Positions 22,161-33,906 of a DNA stretch of 33,906 nucleotides are shown here, piece by piece. A model generated the notes under the pieces. It was given only the letters and a program-made list of their open reading frames with translations. It did no database searches and was not told the DNA's origin. Made by a program: the position numbers and the translations under genes. Within the stretch, counting starts at the first letter, position 1, and every line of letters begins with the position of its first letter. Origin of the DNA: Octopus bimaculoides (taxonomy: Eukaryota); contig NC_068987.1 in NCBI RefSeq assembly GCF_001194135.2, forward strand, positions 36,833,830 to 36,867,735, in the 5' to 3' direction.

Positions 22161-23678
22161 ATCGCTAGAATTTCAACCGTTCATTTGCTACGTTTTCATT
22201 TTTTTTTTTTTTTTAGAGTAAGATATATCTTTACATGAAGAAAAACACTCTGATAGAGTATTCCGTAATTTAACCCATACAAGTAAACTCCAAAACGTAT
22301 AGGCTGTACAAATTCTACAAGATTTCAGTATAAATAACATTCAGTTTAGTCAACAATGGAACCGTTGCAAATAAGATCCCCTGACTTGAAAATCTTCAGA
22401 GTTTGGCGGTTTCTTTTTATTGAAAGGAAGATCTTACCTTATATGAAAGTAAGCGCATGAATAGTTTATTCAATAATGGCCATACAGATTTCTGGACATT
22501 TTTGTTTCACGGGAATGATTTACCTCAAAATTAATAAAAGCACTCAATTGATATGAGCAATAGTGGTATATTTGCAACTTATCTCCATACTTTCAAGCGA
22601 GTAGCTGTTAAAGTGTTCTACGCTTCTGGGATAAGATTTTAAACCATAAGAGGGAAAACGCTGATAGTGTGTTATGATATATTGTCACATAATGTCCAAT
22701 ATTTCAGCCGTACAAATGTTTTCTTGTTTTTCGAAGACAGCGTTGCATTTCACGGAGAAAAACTGTCAAAGGATTTTTTCACAAATGGTACCTTTACAAA
22801 TATTGTTTGAAAAATGTCATCTCCATAAATCTAACAGCGTGTTTTTCTTTTTATTTGCGAAGTATGATTTCGTTTTTCGCGAATAAAAAGTCTATATATT
22901 TACTCCAGTAATGTTAACATTGCAAATAAGATCTCTACAGTTTCAGATGTACAAAAATTATAAGCTCTATTGTTTCCGGAGCGAGATTTTGCATTAAATG
23001 TGAGAAAGCTATCAGACTGTCCGATAAAGATACCATAGCAAATTGGATCGCCAGTATTTCAGCTATGCAAAGGTTAAATTTTTTTTTCGGAGTATCACAT
23101 CGTTCTACATAAGTTAAAATTCTCAGATAATCTGTTCAATAATGGGAAATCTTCAAAGACGATTTCCAGATGTTCATCTCTACACTAGTAATGAGGTAAT
23201 TCGTTTCCGTAGTAAATTATTCTCTACATAGGAAAAATTAAGAAATGGTTTATACAGTATTTATACTATTGCAAAAATCTCGGGACTTTCAGGTATACAA
23301 TGGTTACATTTTTATTTTGTTTATTTTTTAGATGATATCTCGCTATACATGAAAAGAAATGCGCAAATAGTTTGTTCAATAAAGGCAACCATTTTAGATA
23401 ATAGCTCAATAAATTCGGACGTTACAACATTTCTTGTTTTCCCATTATGATCCCAATCTATATTAGGAAACACAATCAGGTCGTGTCTTCAACATTGCAA
23501 TCTTACAAATAAGATTTGCAGACTTGCAGCCATATAATGCTTAAGCTCCTTGTTTTGTAGCTAACTTTGCAAATAAGATTTCATGAACTTCGACCATTCA
23601 AAAGTTAGCGTGTTTCTTAATCTGGTGTAAGATATTGCTCTACCCGAGGACAAAAGGTCAGATAGTTTGCTAAGTAAT

Positions 23679-24070
23679 GGTTGGTGTTTTTGGCACTCCG
23701 TCGCTTACGACATCGAGGGTTCCAGTTGATCCGATCAACGGAACAGCCTGCTCATGAAATTAATGTGCAAGTGACTGAGCACTCCACAGACACGTGTACC
23801 CTTAACGTAGTTCTCGGGGATATTCAGCGTGACACGGTGTGACAAGGCTGACCCTTTGAATTACAGGCATAACAGAAACAAGAAGTAAGAGTGAGAGAAA
23901 GTTGTGGTGAAAGAGTACAGCAGGGTTCGCCACCATCCCCTGCCGGAGCCTTGTGGAACTTTAAGTGTTTTCGCTCAATAAACACGCACAACGCCCGGTC
24001 TGGGAATCGAAACCGCGATCCTATGGCCGCGAGTCTACTGCCCTAACCACTGGGCCATTGCGCCTCCACT
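23679..24070 (-). mobile_element. Full-length tRNA-derived SINE (family C) with 8-bp TSD
   Basis: A box tggcccagtgg, B box ggtttcgattccc. TSD taagtaat at 23671-23678 and 24071-24078. Confidence 0.95.
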
Positions 24071-24684
24071 TAAGTAATTGTACATTTGCAAGTACTATCC
24101 GCAGACTATAAACAGATTTTTTTTTTAATGCTCTGATAAGTTTTTTTAATTGTACTTTTACATATATGCTCTCCAGAAATCCAACAGTAAAAGATTACTG
24201 GGCTACTTGTTTTCCTTAACTCCGACATTTAGTAAATGGTACTTCTGCAAATATGACTTCAGGCAAAACTTTCACACAGTTTATAAATAGAAACTTTGCA
24301 AATAAGCGTTATAGACGATCAGCCATACAATTGTTACGCTCTTACGTGTTTCTCGAAGTTCATACTCTGTATGCGGGGAAATGTCAGGTAACTTATTATC
24401 TTACCTTTGGAAATAGGTTCTTAAAATTTTCAGCCTTACAAATGTTATAGTTTTATATTTCCAATGTATGAAGCGCCTCTTCGTGAGGGTAGCGCTCATA
24501 GATCGGTGGCGGATGGCAGTTTGACTCACAGATTAAATTAAAAGATGTTTGACCGATGAGATTAAATAAGATTGAAATATGCCCCGAGTTCTTGCCTCAA
24601 GCTGAAAAACTCACTCACCTTTCCCACTTCATTCTATTTATAATTTTATTTTAATTCAGTTAAATACTAGTATACGTTCTCCCA

Positions 24685-24758
<74 letters not shown>

Positions 24759-24855
24759 TTACTACTACTATTTCTACTACTATTTCTACTACTGTTGCTG
24801 CTACTTCTGCTATTTCAGCTGTTATTGCAGTTGCTGCTGCTACTACTACCACTAT
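24685..24855. repeat. (TAC)n microsatellite decaying into TGC/TAT triplets
   Basis: Direct. Confidence 0.95.
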
Positions 24856-26058
24856 TATTACATTTAAATACTGTGTTTATCTCCCCTAACAGTCTTCACT
24901 AGAATTAGTTGATAAGATAATGATTTTTTCTTCTCAATGTGACTTAATTTTAATTAATACTTCTGGATCCCTATAATCTGTCAATACTTTTACTAATTGT
25001 ATTGGCTTGTTATGGCAGCTCTTCCGCCCATTTGTGGCAAATATGGTGGATGTTGATCAATTTCTTTCATAGCTAATGTTACTGTCAGTAACGATCTCTC
25101 TCATTAAATAAATGCCTGTTGATGTAATTGTTTTCCATTGAAATGATTTAATTGGCGATGAAGTTTCTTTCGTTGTATCCATATAACTAAAGGAAGAAAC
25201 TACATTAATTATTTTAATTTTTTTATCTCAATCATGACTATTAAGATTTCATAACTCCGAGAAATTGTTATATGTATGATTTCTGTCTTATTTTAATGTG
25301 ATTCAAAGGCAAGATGGTTGCCAGCTGTATTTTTATATTTTTACTTTTTTCCCTATTGCTAGTGACATTGTCAGTATTCCTGCTGTTGTCGTATTGTTGG
25401 GCTATGTTGCTCCCAGTAATAATCCTCTTTGGTGAATTGAAGTTGATGCATATTGTCCTAATGATCTCCAATAAAAGGTTTCTTTTAATCAAGGATTCAA
25501 AAGAATAATCATTCATTTCACAAAGGAATACCTATGGCTAAATCAGGGAAATAGCAGTTTTAGAAAACATAATTCATAACCTCTTAATTGAATATACATC
25601 TGCTTTTAAAAGTTTTATGTTTGTGTTTTTCTCCCCGAAAGAAATTGAATTCGATCGTATCACATGATTACATTATGAACTTTATAAAAGTTTTACTTTT
25701 TACAAATTTTACATATCAATTATTTACCAAAGTGTGTATCAGCTGTTTAGCTTCAGTCTCTAAAAATGCCAGAAAGTACCAGTTCGGTATTTAGTAACAT
25801 AGTCAAGTACGATTGTGTTTCGATCTAGGTCTCTTTACCAAAAACCATCCAAATAGAACAAAATACCTCCAGTATAAATGACGTTAGCGCATCCGGTCAG
25901 CTTATCAGAAGAGTCGTCCATATGGCCAAGTGCAGTAGTTAGCATGAAACAGACGGTAACATTTTATGCCATAACAAGTAATGTATTGCTCAACAATATA
26001 TGTGTGTGTGTGTCTGTGTGTGCGTGTGTGTTTGTCTATACACACATATGTACATATA

Positions 26059-26107
<49 letters not shown>

Positions 26108-28212
26108 NNNNNNNNNNNNNNNNNNNNNNNNNNNNNNNNNNNNNNNNNNNNNNNNNNNNNNNNNNNNNNNNNNNNNNNNNNNNNNNNNNNNNNNNNNNNN
26201 NNNNNNNNNNNNNNNNNNNNNNNNNNNNNNNNNNNNNNNNNNNNNNNNNNNNNNNNNNNNNNNNNNNNNNNNNNNNNNNNNNNNNNNNNNNNNNNNNNNN
26301 NNNNNNNNNNNNNNNNNNNNNNNNNNNNNNNNNNNNNNNNNNNNNNNNNNNNNNNNNNNNNNNNNNNNNNNNNNNNNNNNNNNNNNNNNNNNNNNNNNNN
26401 NNNNNNNNNNNNNNNNNNNNNNNNNNNNNNNNNNNNNNNNNNNNNNNNNNNNNNNNNNNNNNNNNNNNNNNNNNNNNNNNNNNNNNNNNNNNNNNNNNNN
26501 NNNNNNTGTGTGTGTGTGTGTGTGTGTAGAGTGTCCGCCTGTGTGTCTGTGTTTCTATATGTGTATGTCTGTGATTATGCCTATGTATGTGTAAATCTGA
26601 GTGCATACATGAACGAGTTAAATGTGTCTCTCAGTCATTCATTACATATATAGAGTAATTAATAAACACAAAAGATAGAATATAACAAATTAAGTCATAA
26701 TAAATAGTGTAAGAAGTGGAGAAGATGTGATTTTTCATTGCAGATCTTGTGAAAGAAGCAGAGCAAATTACATTTTAAGTATACCTGTCAACTGCGTAAC
26801 TACTAAATTAGAATGTTACTATAAGGAATAGTTTCTCAAGTTAATAGAAATAACAACTAAATGTTTTACAAATTACTCAATACTCTCTTTAGAAATGAGG
26901 GGAATAACTGGATAATGTAATCCAAGATCTGAAAGAAACAAGGCATTTTCCTTGATGGAATAGGCTTGCTCGATCAAAGGGTGCTTGTGGGTGAAGAACA
27001 AGTTTCTTTTCTTTAAAAATCATTGTTTGGCAGTGCTGGTATGGAACTAAGCAACACTCTCCCTTTCATCATAGATCACCTCGTTCGAGGCTAACTGGAG
27101 ATAAAACAACGCCTTCCTTTTGATTAGTTTGCTCGATGAGGCTTGTATTGTGGGATCAAAAACCAATTATATAGACCAAATCCAAAACAGTTTAAACCTG
27201 CTAGATTGCTGATGTGAGGTAGAAGAAAGTAGAACAATGTACCGAGAACTGTTTAAGCCTTCAAGAGTATCTCAGAACATGATCCTCTCTATCGATAAGT
27301 CGTTGGGCCTGCAATATTTGAAAAGATTAAGATTTTCATTTAGACGATCAATTGAGAGAAAGAAAAACAACAGGGATTGATTCCTTGTGGGTTGGTCCCT
27401 TCAGCTACTAAATTCTGTCACATCTGACTTGATATTAACGATCCAATTCCAGAAAGTCTTGAAGACGGGATAGAGCTAAACTTTTATTGTTAAACTTTCA
27501 ACGAAGCGGGAAAACTGAAAAGCCATAAACCATAGCATTGGGTATATTTTCTATCGATACTTAGTGTGAAATACACTCTTTTCTGTCAATCAGTTGATAG
27601 TTTTTATCAACCGAACTGACAGAGAATCGCAAGAATGTATGTAATATCATGCAGTGTAATACAATGACGACTAAGTATTGGCATGCCATTCCATCAGCAG
27701 AGTAACGGAGTGTATTCGTAGCTATACAAAGTTTATTTAGTATCAAGATGTGATATATCTTTACCTGAATCATTTGAGAACTATATTTGCTTTGGGACCT
27801 TAATTTTAATATTGTCCAAAATATATGTCTCAATATTATACCATTAATTTCTTAGCCATATTTTTTAGTAATTCATTGGGCCTTTGATCTTGTCTTTTAT
27901 ATACAACATGTACTTTGAACAATTATTACGTAAAGTAAAGGAACATCTTCACGTCAGAATTGATGTCGGTACGTGTGTATATATGTAGGCGGAAAATCTC
28001 TCATTCTGTTATCAACTATAGTTAAGCAAATCAAAACACACAGTCTCTTAAGGTGACTGTTCGTTCAGCCACCTATGCTGAAGATATAAACTAGAATGTG
28101 TAAGGGCGAGAAAGGAAATTGACACATTGTTGCTCATTCTGCTAAACACTCACAAATCACACCCCCACCATCTCAAATTAAGAAAGGATACATTAGAAAG
28201 TATATATATATA

Positions 28213-28558
28213 TAGGTGCAGCAGCGGCTGTGTGGTAAGTAGCTTGCTTACCAGCCACATGGTTCTGGGTTCAGTCCCACTGCATGGCACCTTGGGCAAG
28301 TGTCTTCTACTATAGCCTCGGGCCGACCAAAGCCTTGTGAGTGGATTTGGTAGACGGAAACTGAAAGAAGCCCGTCGTATATATATGCATATGTATATAT
28401 ACATATGTGTTTGTGTGTCTGTGTTTGTCCCCCAACATCGCCTGACAACAGATGCTGGTGTGTTTACGTCCCCGTAACTGAGAGGTTCGGCAAAAAAGCC
28501 TGATAGAATAAGTACTAGGCTTACAAAGAATAAGTCCTGAAACAAGTAAAAAAGAGAG
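28213..28558 (+). mobile_element. SINE family A with internal TA/TG microsatellite, probable TSD agtatatatat
   Basis: tRNA head (ggctgtgtggtaag, gggttcagtccc). Colinear with the 3091-3520 copy, but lacks a 3' segment present in that copy. Confidence 0.93.
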
Positions 28559-30495
28559 AGTATATATATCCAAACAGAAAATAAGCTACAAATATCCCAA
28601 GTTCCCTAACTACATACTTCCAGCTGGCAAAGACTGTATTTTCCGCTACTCCCTACTGCCGCAGAAGACATTTTTCATTAGTGTGATTTTCAAGAGATCT
28701 CAGTGCGAGACATTTACTATCATGAGTAAAGAGTGCACAGAATTACATTGACTGTACAGCAAGGACACCTTTATTCACAATGGTCCAACATCGTCTGGAA
28801 CGACCAGATTCTAAATGACTCACAGATTTTACATCAAAATATCATCCCTCCAGATTATTGCCCTAACAAGAACTAAGAATTCATCAAAGCCAGATAGTTT
28901 TGCAGTACGCTCCTTTGCTATCCTGAGTATTTCTTTGTCACCGCGAAAACGGTAGACAATCGTTAACTATGTGAAGGGTTCAATGGTTATTTTTTTTATA
29001 GTTCTCTTTATTTTTGTTTTGTTTTTTTCTTCTATTTAGTTTCTAGCAACTCTCATCACTGCCAAGTCATGAAGAGCTGACTGATTTAGTCGTCGACAAC
29101 CGAACCATGCAACAAATTGTACATGAATGCAAGTAACCAATACCATACATAAACAGATGTATACATACACATATATATATATATATATATATANNNNNNN
29201 NNNNNNNNNNNNNNNNNNNNNNNNNNNNNNNNNNNNNNNNNNNNNNNNNNNNNNNNNNNNNNNNNNNNNNNNNNNNNNNNNNNNNNNNNNNNNNNNNNNN
29301 NNNNNNNNNNNNNNNNNNNNNNNNNNNNNNNNNNNNNNNNNNNNNNNNNNNNNNNNNNNNNNNNNNNNNNNNNNNNNNNNNNNNNNNNNNNNNNNNNNNN
29401 NNNNNNNNNNNNNNNNNNNNNNNNNNNNNNNNNNNNNNNNNNNNNNNNNNNNNNNNNNNNNNNNNNNNNNNNNNNNNNNNNNNNNNNNNNNNNNNNNNNN
29501 NNNNNNNNNNNNNNNNNNNNNNNNNNNNNNNNNNNNNNNNNNNNNNNNNNNNNNNNNNNNNNNNNNNNNNNNNTTAATTTGCTTTCTGTGAGCAACTGTT
29601 TTATCGAAGCCGTATCTTGTCGTGAATTGCTCGAAATACGGATTAGAAAAACATCCCACAACTGATGAAGAGTCGTTCCTTGTGTTGCTTGTCTTGTTTT
29701 CCATTTGTTTCTTTCGTTGAAAAAAACGTCCTTATTCCTTGCAAAAAAAGTCCTTATTCCATGTCCTCGTAATTCGTATTCTTTGTTGTTTATGTTTTGT
29801 GACGTCTTATGCCCACATATGCATATGTATATACGTATACATGTAAGTATGTACGTATACGTATGTATATATACATATATATATACTATTTATATTATAT
29901 ATCTATATATACGTACAGAGGGAGAGAGAGGGGGAGGGAGACAAAGAGAAATAGAGTAAAGGGGTAGTGATTATGATAAGAAAACTAATATACCATGGAA
30001 CTTGGACTCAGATATCATACATTTTCATGTTAGAGGTGTTTCTTTTCTACTTATACTCACTTCTTACTATATTATTTTTTCGGAAGACTCCATTCTATAA
30101 AAACTGAGGTTATGGATAAATAAATACCCAGAAATCTATGAAGGCATAACCAATTTCAGCAAGATTTACTCTGAAGAACTGATATGGTTATACCCTCTTA
30201 TTTTTAGAGTAGATAGTTTCATAATCTAATGAAACATTAGAAAATTATAGTTAAAGGTGTCGATAACTCTATTGTTTCTCATGATGTTCCACATGTGAAC
30301 AAAGACATTATTGCTTGTCCTAATATCCACGGTTGTAAGATCCATCGTTAGCATCACAGTTGACTAAATAAATATCATCATGTCTAAGTTACTGCAGAAC
30401 CAATACTTCTAACTCATGTCGACTCACTCAGCGAAACCATAAACGTGCGTGAGTGAAAACATTTACTGTTTCGAACAGCAATAAAGGAAAATGGA

Positions 30496-30562
<67 letters not shown>

Positions 30563-31475
30563 TGCGTGTGCTAGTTTATGTGTGGATGCATTATTTGGAT
30601 ATATATATGTGTGTGTGTGTGTGAACTGGTTTATGTGTGGTTGTTATGTGTGTGTGTGAGTGTATGCGTGTGTGGGAATGAGTGAATAAGTGTAGCTAGA
30701 TATAGATACCAAGCATACATATGAGCATTAGTGTCTTGACATATGGATGGTAATACAGATATAAATCCAGAAAAGCCTATCCTGAAATAATTATTGTTAA
30801 ACCATTTCTTATTTTGAAGATTATTATCTTACAATCGAATATCAGCAGATAGTAGCCGAAATCTCTCATGTGAAAAAAAGATAATGATATTGAAGCATTC
30901 CTTAGATGTCTCAAGTTTCGGTTTCCAAGAAGCAAATTGGAAGATATTACGAATATTATAGATAGTGCTTCCAAATGTGTCATTGATTTTTCTCTCAGAC
31001 ATGCTGCCTTTATAGAAACGCTGAGCGATCCAGCAAAAACAGAATCTACGCAGTTACAATGAGCTAGGAATACCAGCCAAATCACACAGTTTACTTAAAT
31101 AATAGCTATCATAGAGACTACGAGAATGAAATATGAAAACGGGATGAGTATATATATATATATATATATATNNNNNNNNNNNNNNNNNNNNNNNNNNNNN
31201 NNNNNNNNNNNNNNNNNNNNNNNNNNNNNNNNNNNNNNNNNNNNNNNNNNNNNNNNNNNNNNNNNNNNNNNNNNNNNNNNNNNNNNNNNNNNNNNNNNNN
31301 NNNNNNNNNNNNNNNNNNNNNNNNNNNNNNNNNNNNNNNNNNNNNNNNNNNNNNNNNNNNNNNNNNNNNNNNNNNNNNNNNNNNNNNNNNNNNNNNNNNN
31401 NNNNNNNNNNNNNNNNNNNNNNNNNNNNNNNNNNNNNNNNNNNNNNNNNNNNNNNNNNNNNNNNNNNNNNNNNNN

Positions 31476-31506
<31 letters not shown>

Positions 31507-31899
31507 TTATATATATAATACATGTATGTGCGGGTGCGTGTGCGTGTGTAATATTTTTATCATTTCCATATTTCTATGTTGCTATTACTATATTGTATTA
31601 TTTGGGATTTTTGCATAATGATTTTACTGTTCATGTGAATCTACTTTTTGCGTGGGGAGAATGGTATTTATTTTAAATGAGATAATTTCGAATTGTCATC
31701 GTCATAAGAATAAATGCGAGTTAAGTTGCTAGAAGTATTGCCATAAGTGGAAACGTAACAAAAACAAATGTAAAATAGCATATAGAATGTACAGGAAATA
31801 TGTATTTGTCTATACAATATTTAGGCTTATATAGGCTTCGTCGAAATGAATTATACAAGGACTCCCCTTTTCTTTCTCCTTAATATACATACTCATATA

Positions 31900-32116
31900 T
31901 GAGGGTGTGCTGAAATGTTCCTGGCTTTAGGTAAAAGAAAATATAGAAGAATCAGTTAATTATGATTTTATTCAACACATTCCCCTCTCAGATTCACACA
32001 CTTATTGCAGTGGTCCTTTAGGTTTTTTAAGCGCTGTAAAAGAACTCAGGAATTTTGACCCCCAACCAGGCTTTTCCCGATACGCTCAAAGCCAGGAAGT
32101 TTACAGCACCTCCTCG
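31900..32116. mobile_element. 217-bp mariner MITE
   Basis: TA|tgagggtgtgctgaaatgttcctggcttt and aaagccaggaagtttacagcacctcctcg|TA. Confidence 0.9.
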
Positions 32117-32802
32117 TACGCATATGCAACCATACATACGCACACACTCATACACGCTTAGATGTATGTGCGTGCGTGTGATTACTGTTGTGGAGCATGT
32201 GACACGTTGTATAATTGAAACAATCATTCAACGTATCACATCTCCCACTTGAACTCTTCAGATTTTAATTGTAGTGAATCCATTTGCATTACAATTAGTT
32301 TTGAGAACGACAGCCATTTTACAGCTCATATTTGTCAATCACAGTGGAGTATAAGTAGGCTGAGTAACTATTCATTGATAGTTGGATTGTAATCAAGACA
32401 TATCAAGACATATCAAGAAGTTAATTGCTTATTGCATTCATAATTCCCGTTGAACATCAAACAAATTTTAAGGCTACTTCTAGAGTCTCGTTTGCCTCTC
32501 CACAAAGCATATTCTCAATCAAATCTTATAATATCAGAACATAAGCTGCAAAATGGACTATTAGAGGAGGTAAAGGAAATAATAGAACAAAGAAAATATG
32601 ACAAGTACAATGTTATAAAGCAAACACACATAAATATATACACCTATTATATGCATATTATAACATTGTATCACCTTGCATACGACATTTTATGAACTTA
32701 GTAATATTTCTAATATATGCGTGTGTGTGTGTGCGTGTGTATATATGTGTGTGTGTGCACGCATTTTATAACATTGTAATATTCCTTAAATATGAATATA
32801 TA

Positions 32803-33090
32803 CAGGGTGGGTGGAAACTAACTAGGCATTATAGAAGTTTTAGTATCACTGAAGTTATGACGAAAACATTTCTTAAACAGACAACACTAATGGGAATTTA
32901 TTATTTTCTTATTGTCTTATTTCATCTTTCCTATTTTCAAGATGGCCGGACGCTTGAATGTTCAAGAACGAGCTATGATAGTTTTGGCTCAGAGATGGTG
33001 GCATGCATGCAACACTACGTCCAGAGACAATGAAAAGTTGCCATGCAAAGTTATGGATACCTAAGCCTGAAAGTTTACGATACGAAGCTC
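32803..33090 (+). mobile_element. 5' fragment of a Tc1/mariner-superfamily transposon
   Basis: TA|cagggtgg TIR start. The ORF from 32942 reads MAGRLNVQERAMIVLAQRWW and, after a frameshift, TLRPETMKSCHAKLW (HTH-like N-terminus). Confidence 0.6.
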
Positions 33091-33165
33091 TTCATTTCTC
33101 TCTCTCTCTCTCTCTCTCTCTCAATGTTGTTGTTGTTATTATTATTATTACTATTATTATTATTC

Positions 33166-33239
33166 AGGTCACTGCCTGGAATCGAACTCGGAATATTGGG
33201 GTTCGTAGCCTACGCTCTTAACCACTACGCTATATGCCC
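33166..33239 (-). other. tRNA-like (Pol III A/B box) module inside the PLE terminal repeat; deleted copy at 33796-33848 (+)
   Basis: gggcatatagcgtagtggttaagagcg...ccgagttcgattccaggcagtgacct contains an A box (tagcgtagtgg) and a B box (gagttcgattcc). Confidence 0.75.
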
Positions 33240-33322
33240 GTTGGCAATTATGGAGTGAATTTTATGTCTTATAAATCTAATATTTTCCTATCCTTCCTTA
33301 ATACCAGTTCCCATATGTTATA

Positions 33323-33766
33323 CGAAAGATATGTGACCCATATGACATCAGGACAGTATTCAAGAGTAATACAACACTTCGCAAATATCTCTTTCGAGTA
33401 AAATCACCAATAGAAGAGAATATGACCAAAGACTGCGTGTACTCCATCCCATGCAGCTGTGGTAGGTTATACAAAGACAAAACATGCCGCCCGCTCAAAA
33501 TAAGGATACAGAAACATCGCAAAGCTGTAACACGAGGAGATATTGATAAATAGGGTATAGCTGATCATATATGGAAAAATGGAGACCACCTCTCCCTGTG
33601 GAATGAAGTTAAAATAATAGACAGAGAACACCACTGGAAAATACGAAAACTAAAAGAAGCAGCATATATGCTAGGACACAACAACCTCCTAAGCAGACCG
33701 AGTGCAGATATGAACAGCATATGGGAACCGGTATTAAGGAAGGATAGGAGAATGTTAGATTTATAA
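33323..33766 (+). pseudogene. PLE GIY-YIG endonuclease domain, one premature stop (33551)
   Basis: KICDPYDIRTVFKSNTTLRKYL...DCVYSIPCSCGRLYKDKTCRPLKIRIQKH...GIADHIW...KLKEAAYM. The CVYSIPCSCG motif is typical of Penelope/Poseidon-type EN. Confidence 0.9.
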
Positions 33767-33845
33767 GCCCTAAAATTCACTCCATAATTGCCCATGGGCA
33801 TATGGCTACTAACCCCAAGATCCCGAGTTCGATTCCAAGCAGTGA

Positions 33846-33884
<39 letters not shown>

Positions 33885-33906
33885 TAATAATAATAACAAC
33901 AACAAC

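Larger units (their letters stand above)
21200..24470. repeat. Ancient, highly diverged ~115-120-bp tandem array interrupted by two SINEs
   Basis: ttgcaaataag-like anchors at 21590, 21709, 21825, 22365, 22920, 23269, 23503, 23567 and 24296. A second anchor ccagWgYaagat lies at 21645, 21765 and 21879. Confidence 0.7.
33125..33906 (+). mobile_element. 5'-truncated Penelope-like element with inverted terminal repeat
   Basis: 33125-33317 is the reverse complement of 33718-33906 (with a 21-nt deletion in the right arm) and brackets a GIY-YIG ORF fragment. Confidence 0.88.

Noticed and set aside
21200-24470. CRISPR-like interpretation of the periodic array
   Set aside because: Eukaryotic context, no cas genes, and no conserved-repeat versus unique-spacer dichotomy. 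Similarity extends along whole units.
25268-25516. Overlapping ORFs 25268-25516 (-) and 25314-25508 (+, hydrophobic)
   Set aside because: No recognisable motif or convincing splice sites. Probably old repeat-derived, AT-biased sequence.
29662-29690. CTGATGAAG box with an upstream GAAA (possible type II hammerhead)
   Set aside because: Stems I and III do not form, and there is no downstream GAAAC.
30777-31085. 102-aa minus-strand ORF
   Set aside because: No ATG start, no strong donor and no recognisable domain. It cannot be supported without homology data.

Overview
AT-rich eukaryotic draft-assembly sequence with 8 N-gaps (3158 N in total), most of them flanked by TA/CA microsatellites. The SINE families present resemble those I recall from octopus genomes, so a cephalopod origin is inferred but not proven. 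Most of the window is intron-like or intergenic DNA filled with decayed transposable elements: tRNA-derived SINEs (three families plus a CORE-like one), an R4/Dong-like and a CR1/L2-group LINE remnant, Tc1/mariner and pogo-type DNA transposons and MITEs, an initiator-tRNA pseudogene, and several Penelope-like element (PLE) remnants. There is no complete gene. The best host-gene evidence is a splice-site-bounded minus-strand exon (4328-4532) encoding a type II membrane anchor, with a possible 21-nt microexon downstream. The most interesting signal is a set of unrelated minimal type I hammerhead ribozyme motifs: 3880-3923 (+), 18843-18888 (-), a half motif at 11317-11352 (-) and a decayed one at 7685-7756 (+). 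All have a palindromic or near-palindromic stem III, and two lie inside fold-back, inverted pseudo-LTR architectures. Also notable are a GIY-YIG PLE whose inverted terminal repeats carry a tRNA-like module, a fold-back duplication across a SINE-LINE junction, and an ancient ~117-bp tandem array. All long ORFs in the supplied track are gap or microsatellite artefacts. Family assignments come from motif recognition, not database searches.
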